This document shows, piece after piece, positions 17,610 to 26,839 of a stretch of DNA of 34,539 bases. The stretch spans positions 1-34,539 of the forward strand of contig JBHHTW010000024.1 in assembly GCA_046861385.1 (NCBI GenBank). Direction: 5' to 3'. Position 1 is the first letter of the stretch; every line of letters begins with the position of its first letter. The notes under the pieces are model-generated. The model was given only the letters and a program-made list of their open reading frames with translations, was not told the DNA's origin and ran no database searches. Both the position numbers and the translations under genes were made by a program. The DNA is from Fidelibacterota bacterium. Its GTDB lineage: Bacteria > Fidelibacterota > Marinisomatia > Marinisomatales > TCS55.

Positions 17610-18522
17610 AAGTACGATCCTCAATGAGTTCTATAAACATGTTGCGAATACCTTCCGCAGTTGGCTCAATCGTTTTTAGTTCCGAAGCCGCAAACACCAC
17701 ACTCCGCACTTTTTTAACTTTGGTTGGACTACCCGGCAAACCGATTTGTTCATGATCAGCGCCCACATCATCTGCGGACCATGTCTTAATAAACAGACCT
17801 TTTGATTTTAAATCTTTAATCTTTTGTTGAATTTCATCCATAAGGATTTCCATGCCGTATTCACCCGTCATTGAGCTCCTCTTCACTTCCTGTTCTGCCT
17901 CAATAGATGTTCGGGATTTTTTATATTTCATCAACCGTTTGGCACCAAATGTTCGCGGTTGATTGGCCGAGGATGTAACGGTGATGAGTAGGGGCAAAGA
18001 TGTCTCAACGGTTTCGCTGACACGCCCAAGGGTTCGATTTAAAGTAATAGAATTTTTATCCACTGCGATTACATTTTCAACGTATGTCAGTTGGTTGATA
18101 CCCAGTTTCCCTGCAACCTGAGGTCCGATTTGTGCCGTATCGCCATCGATGGCTTGCCGACCGCATAAAATAAGATCGACATTCCCGACTTTTTCAATAC
18201 CAAGGGCAAGTGTGTAAGATGTGGCAAGTGTATCGGCGCCGGCAAAATGACGGTCGGTTATGAGAATTCCGTCATCAGCACCCATATACATAGCTTCTCG
18301 AAGAATGTTGGCGGCGCGGGGCGGTCCCATCGTCATAACAGTAACTGTGGCATCGGTTTGGTCTTTAATCTCCAATGCCATTTCTAATGCATTTAAATCT
18401 TCAGGATTAAAAATGGCCGGCAGGGCTCCACGATTCACTGTACCATCGGCTTTCATGGCATCGGCTGTCACGTTGTGCGTGTCGGGGACTTGTTTTGCTA
18501 ATACAATAAGATTTAATGGCAT
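17602..18522 (-). CDS. etfB: Electron transfer flavoprotein beta subunit
   Basis: KQVPD, NPEDLNALE, MGPP, GADTLATS, GRQAIDGDTAQIGP, GSPT. Confidence 0.96.
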   Translation of the reverse strand: MPLNLIVLAKQVPDTHNVTADAMKADGTVNRGALPAIFNPEDLNALEMALEIKDQTDATVTVMTMGPPRAANILREAMYMGADDGILITDRHFAGADTLATSYTLALGIEKVGNVDLILCGRQAIDGDTAQIGPQVAGKLGINQLTYVENVIAVDKNSITLNRTLGRVSETVETSLPLLITVTSSANQPRTFGAKRLMKYKKSRTSIEAEQEVKRSSMTGEYGMEILMDEIQQKIKDLKSKGLFIKTWSADDVGADHEQIGLPGSPTKVKKVRSVVFAASELKTIEPTAEGIRNMFIELIEDRTFG

Positions 18523-18681
18523 AATAAACGGAAAAGGTATTAGCGCCGATTCATATTGTCCAACTCATTTTTAGGACAAAAGGTTGAAATATCAAATATC
18601 ATCTTGGGTATGGAAAATATATGATGCGTCGGCTATTAAGATCGAGTAGGAACTTATAAATACTCAATTAAAAAATTGGGA

Positions 18682-19059
18682 TCAAGAACCCGGTTCTGTC
18701 TCCTGCAGTTGGATTCGTTTCTTTAATAGTGTAAGCATTTCAAAATACTCACGGGTCGGTAGAAGTTCAAAACATGTTTCTGCTTCCTTTAATGCGTAAT
18801 CCCACCAGTCTTTTTTTGTATACATCAACGCCAGGCTGTAATGGGCTCTGGCTAATAACTCGTACTCCTCACGGTTCATGGCTTTTGTGTCGCTGGGCAG
18901 GAGTCTGGTGGCTTCCCGGTATTCCAGGATTGCCTCATCAACCAGCCCCTTTTCAGCATACCAGCGAGCCAGCTTAATATGGCGTTGAGGATCATCCTTG
19001 CAGCCGGTCACAGCTAATAGAATAAGCAGTAATAATATGAATTTCAGGTGTTTAAACAT
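18682..19059 (-). CDS. TPR-containing lipoprotein
   Basis: Lipobox AVTG-C; TPR-like helices HIKLARWY...A..EY..A..L.P and AHYSLALMY. Confidence 0.8.
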   Translation of the reverse strand: MFKHLKFILLLLILLAVTGCKDDPQRHIKLARWYAEKGLVDEAILEYREATRLLPSDTKAMNREEYELLARAHYSLALMYTKKDWWDYALKEAETCFELLPTREYFEMLTLLKKRIQLQETEPGS

Positions 19060-19112
19060 CTTTGGATACCCGGCGGAATTTCAAGTGTCGCCTTCACTAA
19101 AACAAGGAAAAA

Positions 19113-19245
19113 GTTGGTTGATTGGTATTTGATGAATGGTAACTGGAAGAGCAGTTATTGGTAGCGTTGGATAGTTATAAAAAAAGTGAATACACAAGAT
19201 ACCCTTCTTACGAGTCATTCACCACTCAAAAGTTACCCTTCACCG
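19113..19245. repeat. Degenerate inverted heptamer arrays
   Basis: ATTGGTA/AATGGTA/ACTGGAA units on the left and TTCACCA/GTTACCC/TTCACCG units on the right; resembles 28721-28838. Confidence 0.4.
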
Positions 19246-19246
19246 T

Positions 19247-20503
19247 TTAACTCTTAACCGCGTGGGGATGGCGACGAGGTTCTTTTACCCAAAAAGTGAG
19301 GAGCATTAGTCCGATAAACACCAGGCAGCCAAGGGTCATTAGCAAATTTCGGGTTCCAATGATAGGATTCATGACACCGGCCGTAACAATCATTATTAAA
19401 ATAAATGGCGCCAGAAACGTGTCTATTAATGCCATGTAAATTTTACTATCTCTTGTTTCGGCTAATTCATAAATCATATTCATTGCTGAAGGCATAAATC
19501 CACCCTGACCTAAACCTAAGAAAATAAAGATCGCATATACATCAAACATTGAGTTTGCAAATATAGTAGAAATGATTGCCAAAAGATATCCGGTGAAAGA
19601 AAGGGTAATGGCAATCTTGTGTCCCCAACGGTCTCCAATTTTTCCTGCAGAGACGCTGCCAATCCCAAAGGCAATTACTTGCAGCACAGTAAAGACACCT
19701 GCTTCACTAATGTCAAAGCCAAAAAGGTCTTGAGTATAAACAGCATATAAGCTCATGGCGGGGAAATGGGCTGTGATAAAAATGCGGCTGAACAAATAAT
19801 ATCTAAAATTCTTGTGGGTCTGAACGATGGTTTTTATCTCACTTAAAAATTCAGCAATTGTTTTGTGGGGAGTATCGGCGGATTTGTGGTCGATATTGAA
19901 AAACAAAAATACCACTATTCCGATCAAAATGGAACCTCCCATGATCATAAAACCCCATCCGAAATTATTTGGAAATGCGATGGAACTATTGAGCAATAGT
20001 TTTATTAGAATACCCCCAACAAATCCACCAATACTGTTAAAAGCAAAAGAGATTCCGAGATAGTGACCTCGATTTTTTCGAGGAAATACACGAGAAAGAA
20101 ATTCTGTCCAGATGGGTATAATAACACCCAGAGCCAAGCCATAGAAAATAAAACATATGTAATAATACACCCAAGCATAAGGCCCCGTTGGGGCAAAGAA
20201 TGCAAAAATAAATCCAGCAGTAAAAATGGGGGGTAAAACTACAGAATGTGATAAAATAACCGTCTTTTTAATATTTCGAATATTTCTTCCCATTGCAGCG
20301 GAAAACAGCATGGGAAATGCAACCAAAATGCTAAATAGGCCGGCGATAGATATGATGACCATATCCGGTGCCCCAAGGGTTTTTAAAAAGAGAGGTATTA
20401 CAGCATAAGTAGAATGAAATGCGACGCCAAACCCCCAGCTGAATTCATGAATGCAATTGTAAAAAAGATTCTGTTTTAGTTTCTGGGCCGTTAGGTTAAC
20501 CAA
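19247..20503 (-). CDS. MFS transporter
   Basis: About 12 TM segments, GKIGDRWGHK motif A-like, FPRKNRG loop; TTG start overlapping upstream gene. Confidence 0.9.
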   Translation of the reverse strand: MVNLTAQKLKQNLFYNCIHEFSWGFGVAFHSTYAVIPLFLKTLGAPDMVIISIAGLFSILVAFPMLFSAAMGRNIRNIKKTVILSHSVVLPPIFTAGFIFAFFAPTGPYAWVYYYICFIFYGLALGVIIPIWTEFLSRVFPRKNRGHYLGISFAFNSIGGFVGGILIKLLLNSSIAFPNNFGWGFMIMGGSILIGIVVFLFFNIDHKSADTPHKTIAEFLSEIKTIVQTHKNFRYYLFSRIFITAHFPAMSLYAVYTQDLFGFDISEAGVFTVLQVIAFGIGSVSAGKIGDRWGHKIAITLSFTGYLLAIISTIFANSMFDVYAIFIFLGLGQGGFMPSAMNMIYELAETRDSKIYMALIDTFLAPFILIMIVTAGVMNPIIGTRNLLMTLGCLVFIGLMLLTFWVKEPRRHPHAVKS

Positions 20504-21398
20504 GGTTTTTTTCTCGTTCCTGGGTCAACATTACAATGGCTGTAAGTAAAATAATGGACCCCGCTGCCTGTGCCGGAGACATAGATCGTCCACGGATAAA
20601 CCAATCAATACAAATGGCGGACAAGGGCCAGAACAATTCATAAATAGTTGCGTGAGAGGCCGGTAAGCGGTTGAGACCATAATAATAAATGAACAATGCC
20701 ACAGCCCCCGTGGACACAACGATCAAAATCAATGCCCGCCATTGAAGCCCGGTCATTTCTATCATTGGCGCTAGTTCCTGTGTGGCCAATAAAACGATTC
20801 CCGCCAATATAGCGGTTGTTGTCAGTCGAAGAGACGTCACTACCTGGAACGGTAGTTTTGTTAAAGCATGTTTACCTAACACCGTGGAACTCCCCCAGGC
20901 AAAGGCTGCCAGTAAAGCCAATAAGGAAGCGATAGTTGTCCGGTCATCCCAGGAAGCCATGGGCGTTACGCCGAACGTGACAAGATATCCTCCCACCAGG
21001 GCCACTCCAGCCAGAATAAGAAAGCGGCTGTTCAGTTTTTCTTTTAAAATAACTGAAGCGAGAATGATTGCAAAAATCGGTTGAAATTTCTGTAACAGCA
21101 CCACCACAGATAAATCAATGTAGTTTACATAACTCAATGCTTTTGTGTAGAAAAATGTCCCAAGAACGCCGCCACAAATGCTTATCCACAGTACGGAACC
21201 CCAACCGCGCTGGTTCAGTGTTTTAATTTGTTCCCGACCCTTGATCAAAAATGGTAAAAAAAGCAATGCCCCAAAAGCATGTTCCAGTGTTATGATCAGA
21301 AAAGATGGAATATTATATAATTGCTGCCTCAATATACCATCGAGGCTCCAGAGAAATGCGGCTGTGATGACAGCCAGGGGTGGAATGTACTTTTTCAC
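20496..21398 (-). CDS. EamA/DMT family transporter
   Basis: About 10 TM segments in two repeats, QPIFAIILASVILKE, AAFAWG. Confidence 0.92.
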   Translation of the reverse strand: MKKYIPPLAVITAAFLWSLDGILRQQLYNIPSFLIITLEHAFGALLFLPFLIKGREQIKTLNQRGWGSVLWISICGGVLGTFFYTKALSYVNYIDLSVVVLLQKFQPIFAIILASVILKEKLNSRFLILAGVALVGGYLVTFGVTPMASWDDRTTIASLLALLAAFAWGSSTVLGKHALTKLPFQVVTSLRLTTTAILAGIVLLATQELAPMIEMTGLQWRALILIVVSTGAVALFIYYYGLNRLPASHATIYELFWPLSAICIDWFIRGRSMSPAQAAGSIILLTAIVMLTQEREKNLG

Positions 21399-21632
21399 GG
21401 ACGGGAAATTAAGTCATCTTTGGCTTCATGAAACAGTTGAATTGGACAATTTCAACAAAAGAATCTCTCCGGTCTGGACATTTCTCCGTTCCCGGCAGGC
21501 CGTTTGAGAAAAGGATAATTGAGATTATATTCTGGTTGTTTTGTACGAACAAAAAAGAGGTTCAATTGAATAAAATGTAAAATAATGATGAAATTCCTGA
21601 CCAGGATTCACCGCTAAGAAAAGGAGGCAGTT

Positions 21633-23429
21633 ATGTCTTTCAAACATGTAACAATCTTTTTAATCTGCATCATCGGCTTATTCTCTCAGGTTTTATCCGA
21701 TGTTCCTTCTCCCAGAATACACCAACCGAATATTCCCTATTTTCTGGAATCAATGGAATTCCAGACTGAACAGATGAATATTTTCACCCAACGTGTTTCA
21801 GGTATGGTCATGGACGGTTACTCTGATCTTCAGTGGAATCCGGCTTATATATTAAGACAAACAGGAAAATCAGTTTATTTTGATTTTAATTCACAAAGAG
21901 GAACCCCCCTTTATACGATTCCCTTTGTGACTCTTTATCAGAATTACAGTGAGTATTCCAACAATCTAATGGTGCTGCCCGATTGGTATTCACGCTCGTC
22001 TGTAAGCACATTACAGACGACTCCTCTATATAATTTTTCCGCTTTATTGGCTGTAAATCCTAGATTATCCATTGGTTTTATTAATCGTTCGTTGTTCGAT
22101 TATGGACCTTTCCGTTTAAGTTCAAATCAAAATATCCTTTTAGGTGATTCTTATTACGGCGCCTGGTCAGCGTCTCCGGAGCCAGAGCTTAAAAGAATGG
22201 AAGTAGATGAAAACCAGCAAATGGTATCCGGGAATCAATCAGAGGTAATTCTGGGATATAAACTGACCCCTTCTCTTGATTTAGGCTTTCGGCTAGGTCA
22301 TTATATATTTAACCGTGAGGGAAATCTATATGATTCCCGGTGGGCTATCGATCCCCATTTTTCTTTTGCAGACTTGAATGATGAAACACTGAATATTGAC
22401 GGCGATCAGTTGGAGCTGGGCGTTGGCCTTCTGTACAAATTGGGGAATAAAACTCAGCTTGGTGTTTATGCCGGCATTAATAATGGGAATGGCACCGAAA
22501 AAATAACATCATTGGATACGTCAGATACTTGGTCAGAAAGAGACACGGATTCTACTTACTATAATATCGGGGAAGGCTATTTAGACAGTAAGGATACCTA
22601 TACTTCTGCAGGGAAAAAGCCAACGATCACTTTGACCTTGGAAAGAAAATTGTCGGATGATCTTGTATTAAGATCCTTTTTATATAATTCAAAAACTAAT
22701 GTGGATATTAACGGGGCAGTATCCGCCTCTGATACGACTTATGGTGATCGAACCTACGATAAATGGAATAACCAGTCTAACCGATACTCTTTCCAAAGAT
22801 TGGAACGCCATGGCAGTACGGCAAGCGGAATGAAAGGTTCCGGCGAGGAGAAGAAAAATCAATGGAAATGGTTTATATCATTGATTTATGCTCCCGGAGG
22901 GAGTTGGTCAGCCTTCGGAGGGATTCAAATACAACGGTACACATTCAGTCAGACATTCGAAGAAAATTCTGATTACTCTAATCATAATTGGTATAATTTT
23001 ACAGGTTTTATTACCGAGAAAGATCGATGGTATAATAAACAAGTTAAAGATTACTCGGTTAAGAGGAATTACGAAGAATATTCATTGTTAATACCCGTAG
23101 GTATAAAAGCAAAGGTGCTACCGGGATTCAATATTTTATTGGGTACGAATATCAATATGAATTTGGTGGATCAAAATGCAGAGGGGAAAATGATTTATGC
23201 AGAAAAAATCACCCGCAAATGGGAAGATGGAACATTAACAGTTGACGATGAAGAATACAATCGTCTGGAAACATACAATTCCAATCCTGAAAAAGTTTTT
23301 AACCGTTCCGTTGGTTACAGCTTCGGACTGACCTATGATCATCCATCGGGAGCAAGATTATTTCTCAGATCCGGAGGAGATATTTTCAACACGGCGAATT
23401 GGGGACTGGGTTTTGAGATGAACTTTTAA
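21633..23429 (+). CDS. Putative outer-membrane beta-barrel protein with N-terminal NPA motif
   Basis: AGGAGG RBS, signal peptide, DGYSDLQWNPA, amphipathic beta-strands, C-terminal WGLGFEMNF beta-signal. Confidence 0.75.
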   Translation: MSFKHVTIFLICIIGLFSQVLSDVPSPRIHQPNIPYFLESMEFQTEQMNIFTQRVSGMVMDGYSDLQWNPAYILRQTGKSVYFDFNSQRGTPLYTIPFVTLYQNYSEYSNNLMVLPDWYSRSSVSTLQTTPLYNFSALLAVNPRLSIGFINRSLFDYGPFRLSSNQNILLGDSYYGAWSASPEPELKRMEVDENQQMVSGNQSEVILGYKLTPSLDLGFRLGHYIFNREGNLYDSRWAIDPHFSFADLNDETLNIDGDQLELGVGLLYKLGNKTQLGVYAGINNGNGTEKITSLDTSDTWSERDTDSTYYNIGEGYLDSKDTYTSAGKKPTITLTLERKLSDDLVLRSFLYNSKTNVDINGAVSASDTTYGDRTYDKWNNQSNRYSFQRLERHGSTASGMKGSGEEKKNQWKWFISLIYAPGGSWSAFGGIQIQRYTFSQTFEENSDYSNHNWYNFTGFITEKDRWYNKQVKDYSVKRNYEEYSLLIPVGIKAKVLPGFNILLGTNINMNLVDQNAEGKMIYAEKITRKWEDGTLTVDDEEYNRLETYNSNPEKVFNRSVGYSFGLTYDHPSGARLFLRSGGDIFNTANWGLGFEMNF

Positions 23430-23483
23430 AATTCCACGGAAGGAGGCAAAATCTTATAAAAAAGTACGTCGTTCTGCATTTAA

Positions 23484-23564
23484 AACCTTCGGAAGGCTCT
23501 GGATAAATAAATGAATAAAGAATATAACCCTGAACCGGATACTTTCAAGAACCTTCCGAAGATT
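23484..23564. repeat. Inverted pair of REP-like palindromes
   Basis: AACCTTCGGAAGGCT (23484-23498) and AACCTTCCGAAGATT (23550-23564) are each hairpins and near reverse complements of each other; lie between convergent genes. Confidence 0.55.
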
Positions 23565-23568
23565 GGAA

Positions 23569-26346
23569 TTATTTCAACACTACTAACTTTTTTGTTAACT
23601 GCTTCCCGGGTGTCTCCAACCGATAGAAATAAATTCCACTTGGTATACTGCCGGCATTCCAAATTACCTCATGTTCACCAGCTATAAGTTCACCATTCAC
23701 CAATACCACTACTTCCTGCCCCATCACATTATAAATTGTCAGTCGTACTTTTGACTGAACAGGTAGTTCATAGCGGATGGTGGTGGTTGGATTGAAGGGG
23801 TTGGGATAATTTTGGTGAAGAATAAATGAACTTGGTATCATATTATGATCATTTTCCGTCCCCAGTGAATGCACTACCTTTAAATAGATGTCATCTATGA
23901 TAAAGGGTGTCGTAGCTACAGGCGCTTCAGCTGAAATTCGGATAAACACCGGTGTATCAAAACCGGAAAGGCTCACCTCCTGTTCTACAAAATCACCGCT
24001 GACACCCGGACCGCCAACTGATACCAGTGAATCCACTAACGTCCAATCCAACACATGCAGAATCGATGAATCCAGAATGTCGTAAGAGGTTCCTTGAATG
24101 TCATTAGAAGCAGCTTCAACACGCGCCGTAATATTTTCAATGCTGCAAGCAAAGCGAAACGCCAAACCGGCTTCTTTAAAAGGAGTAATATCGAATGTCG
24201 TTCCTGATATAACTGTGTCCGGTTGAACGCCGGCAACAGGAGCGATAATAATCCAGCCAGCATCTACCCCGAAAGTTTCCAGATTATTCCCTACCCATCG
24301 GCCGTGATGTGGAGCGTACCAGCGTGAGGAATCCAGCCACTTATTCTGATCTAAATTATATGGGTAAACAGAATGATTTTGCCAAGCTTCCCAATCACCA
24401 ATAGCGAGTGAATCATTGATTACAAATGTATGTGTATCAGAGACAGTCGTATTCGCTGCATTTGAGCCATCTACAGCCATAACCCAATAATCAATTTGAT
24501 CCCCGAGAAAAAGATTAGACCAAGTCAACCTTGTTTTAAAACGTTCTGTTTCAGGTATCCGGTTCATTGTCTGGTTTTGAATACTACCATTATTAATCTG
24601 AAAATTGAGGCTTACATCCGGAGAAAAACGATCGCTGGCAGTAATGCTCACTATTTCGTTTCCGTTTGGATAAATTGTATTGGACAGTTCGGTAAAGTTT
24701 TCCAGAACCGGATGGGACTGATCAGGACCAACTTCAAATTTGAAATAGCCTGTTGGCGCTCCCGGAGGATAATAAACACCATTTCCATTTGCGTCCTTTG
24801 CATAAAAATAATACATAAATATACCCGAAGAACCGTTGCTGTAAACGTCGGCGCTATATGTATTGCTGCTGCCATCGTTGGTCATTGATGCAAATGAAGA
24901 TATATTGTTTACTCCAAAAAACATTTTTGGAGAGAAAGTATCAAGCTCAAATCCTATATTTGCGTCAATGTCGACTTCCAGGTGATAGGGTCCGACAGCA
25001 TCCTCAATAGTGGTCGGCACTATATGACCTCCAAATTCCAGGGGTGGACCTATGACATCAAAATCGGTATCATACGCCAGCTGAATCCAGGGAACCAGCT
25101 GTCTTAAGTAGGTTATGGAGCTTATATTGTCCGTTCCCTGGGCAATAACAATAGCGACGGCCACTTCCTGGGTATCACTCGGTGCCATGGAAAACGGTCC
25201 GGCTGTTATCAAAAATCGACGATCACCGCTCGGGTAGTAATTATAATCCACCCATCCGTCACCTGTCACAGGGTCACCATTAAAGACATATGTCGTTGGT
25301 TGACCTGTAACTGGGTCAATGTATTGTTCTCCTGTCTCTCCAATAAGTCCATTCATATAATTATATAATATTTCAGCTCCGTCAGGGTCAATATAGGTGT
25401 CATATCCCAAACTAAACATCGAAAAAGCATTCATTGGTATATTTTTATAATCAAAGATCGGATCTCCGGAAACCAAAGCTGTATCTCCCAGAGAAGGTTT
25501 TATTGGTGTCTGCAAATAAACATATCCTACCGTCGGAGGATTGCTCCCATACCTAATATCCCCAATAAAATCATTATAACTATAGCCCAGATTTAATTCA
25601 GGGTCACAACCGACAAAATCATTATTGGCATCCCCAATGTCCGGGTCGCTCCAAAAAGCGGCATACATAGAATCGAGTTGATTACCGCCTGTATTTACAA
25701 TTTCCCATTTAACAAACATCACATCTTTCAATGGTGAATCGGGGCCCTCACCAAATAACGAAACGCGAACTTCGACCCCCAAAGGCGGTGTGTTCCATAA
25801 TAAGAAGTGTGGAGTATGGCCACCATCGTTCATCACATACCAATGAAACAGGTCGCCTCTAACATCAGGGTGGTCTACATTTGGATCGTATACGCCATCC
25901 CCATCCACGTCCGCCCAGGGGGCGCCTTGATCCACAGGCCAGTTTTGCCAATCAGGATTAGAAGCATCGTCTCCTGCATGGATCGTGTAGATATGAACAT
26001 CCTCTGCATTGGGATTGGACCCATAGGGGCCAGGAGTATATTCCCTTGTATATTCAGACACCGCCGTTCGGATTTCCTCTACACCATTAATTCTTCCAGC
26101 GGCTAACCAAAGTCCTGATGCAAAAACCGCTGTTTTCCCGCTGCCGATTGGCCATTCAAGGCCGGCATCTCCGGTTGCATTATGATCAACCACGGCGCCG
26201 TTATTGCGGTGATAAGTGGAAATTTGATTTCCGTCCCAGATTTTGTATTCTAAAGATTGGATGGCATTCGGCCCCATCCGAACTCCCGGCAGATTACCGT
26301 ATCCAAATGAAACTATAAAAATTAATAATAATATCGATCTCTTCAT
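23569..26346 (-). CDS. Secreted protein with T9SS type A/FlgD-Ig-like C-terminal domain
   Basis: Signal peptide MKRSILLL (ATG 26346 after GAGG); C-terminal QNYPNPFNPTTTI...SGIYFYRL...KKLVVLK; DVDGDGVYD Ca-binding-type loop. Confidence 0.88.
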   Translation of the reverse strand: MKRSILLLIFIVSFGYGNLPGVRMGPNAIQSLEYKIWDGNQISTYHRNNGAVVDHNATGDAGLEWPIGSGKTAVFASGLWLAAGRINGVEEIRTAVSEYTREYTPGPYGSNPNAEDVHIYTIHAGDDASNPDWQNWPVDQGAPWADVDGDGVYDPNVDHPDVRGDLFHWYVMNDGGHTPHFLLWNTPPLGVEVRVSLFGEGPDSPLKDVMFVKWEIVNTGGNQLDSMYAAFWSDPDIGDANNDFVGCDPELNLGYSYNDFIGDIRYGSNPPTVGYVYLQTPIKPSLGDTALVSGDPIFDYKNIPMNAFSMFSLGYDTYIDPDGAEILYNYMNGLIGETGEQYIDPVTGQPTTYVFNGDPVTGDGWVDYNYYPSGDRRFLITAGPFSMAPSDTQEVAVAIVIAQGTDNISSITYLRQLVPWIQLAYDTDFDVIGPPLEFGGHIVPTTIEDAVGPYHLEVDIDANIGFELDTFSPKMFFGVNNISSFASMTNDGSSNTYSADVYSNGSSGIFMYYFYAKDANGNGVYYPPGAPTGYFKFEVGPDQSHPVLENFTELSNTIYPNGNEIVSITASDRFSPDVSLNFQINNGSIQNQTMNRIPETERFKTRLTWSNLFLGDQIDYWVMAVDGSNAANTTVSDTHTFVINDSLAIGDWEAWQNHSVYPYNLDQNKWLDSSRWYAPHHGRWVGNNLETFGVDAGWIIIAPVAGVQPDTVISGTTFDITPFKEAGLAFRFACSIENITARVEAASNDIQGTSYDILDSSILHVLDWTLVDSLVSVGGPGVSGDFVEQEVSLSGFDTPVFIRISAEAPVATTPFIIDDIYLKVVHSLGTENDHNMIPSSFILHQNYPNPFNPTTTIRYELPVQSKVRLTIYNVMGQEVVVLVNGELIAGEHEVIWNAGSIPSGIYFYRLETPGKQLTKKLVVLK

Positions 26347-26380
26347 TTTAACCTCGCGACCCATTGTTATTAAAATTCAT

Positions 26381-26734
26381 TTATTCTAACTGAAATCCTG
26401 ATTCAAGTAAAAAATCCACATCACCAGCATCTACTGTACAATAGTATCGTTCACCTGTTGGACAGAAACATGCGTCACAAACAGCATTGTATACCCACTC
26501 GCTGTAAACATCATACATCGTAATGCCCTGTTTGTTATAATAATCTTCAAAAATCTGCAATCTGCCGCTTTCTGTTTGCGGGTATTCGTTGTATTTGTGG
26601 GATTCCAGCCAATCAGCATCCCAAGGGTTGCCAAGACATTGAATCGGATCTATAAAGACTATTTCCTTTTTCGGTCCTTTATTGCAAGAAGCCGAAAATA
26701 TTAAGATTACGAAAATCACAAATGTGTATTTCAT
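26381..26734 (-). CDS. Small Cys-rich lipoprotein
   Basis: Lipobox SAS-C; PIQCLGNPW and VCDACFCPTG motifs; ATG 26734 after GAGGGG. Confidence 0.8.
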   Translation of the reverse strand: MKYTFVIFVILIFSASCNKGPKKEIVFIDPIQCLGNPWDADWLESHKYNEYPQTESGRLQIFEDYYNKQGITMYDVYSEWVYNAVCDACFCPTGERYYCTVDAGDVDFLLESGFQLE

Positions 26735-26740
26735 TTTATT

Positions 26741-26790
26741 ACCCCTCATTTCTGCCTACAGGCAGAAAGTCTCCCCTATGACAGGGGAGA
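26741..26790. repeat. Double-hairpin repeat element
   Basis: TTTCTGCCT-AC-AGGCAGAAA (26749-26768) followed by TCTCCCCT-ATGAC-AGGGGAGA (26770-26790). Confidence 0.6.
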
Positions 26791-26839
26791 AAATAGCGGT
26801 GGCAATAGGTTTTTCGGTTTAATACTTTGTGGCCCGACA

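Noticed and set aside
17610-17624. etfA start at 17624
   Set aside because: This stretch contains the GAGGA SD for TTG at 17609
21182-21190. Second TTATCCACA
   Set aside because: Inside eamA coding sequence (LWIS codons); likely chance
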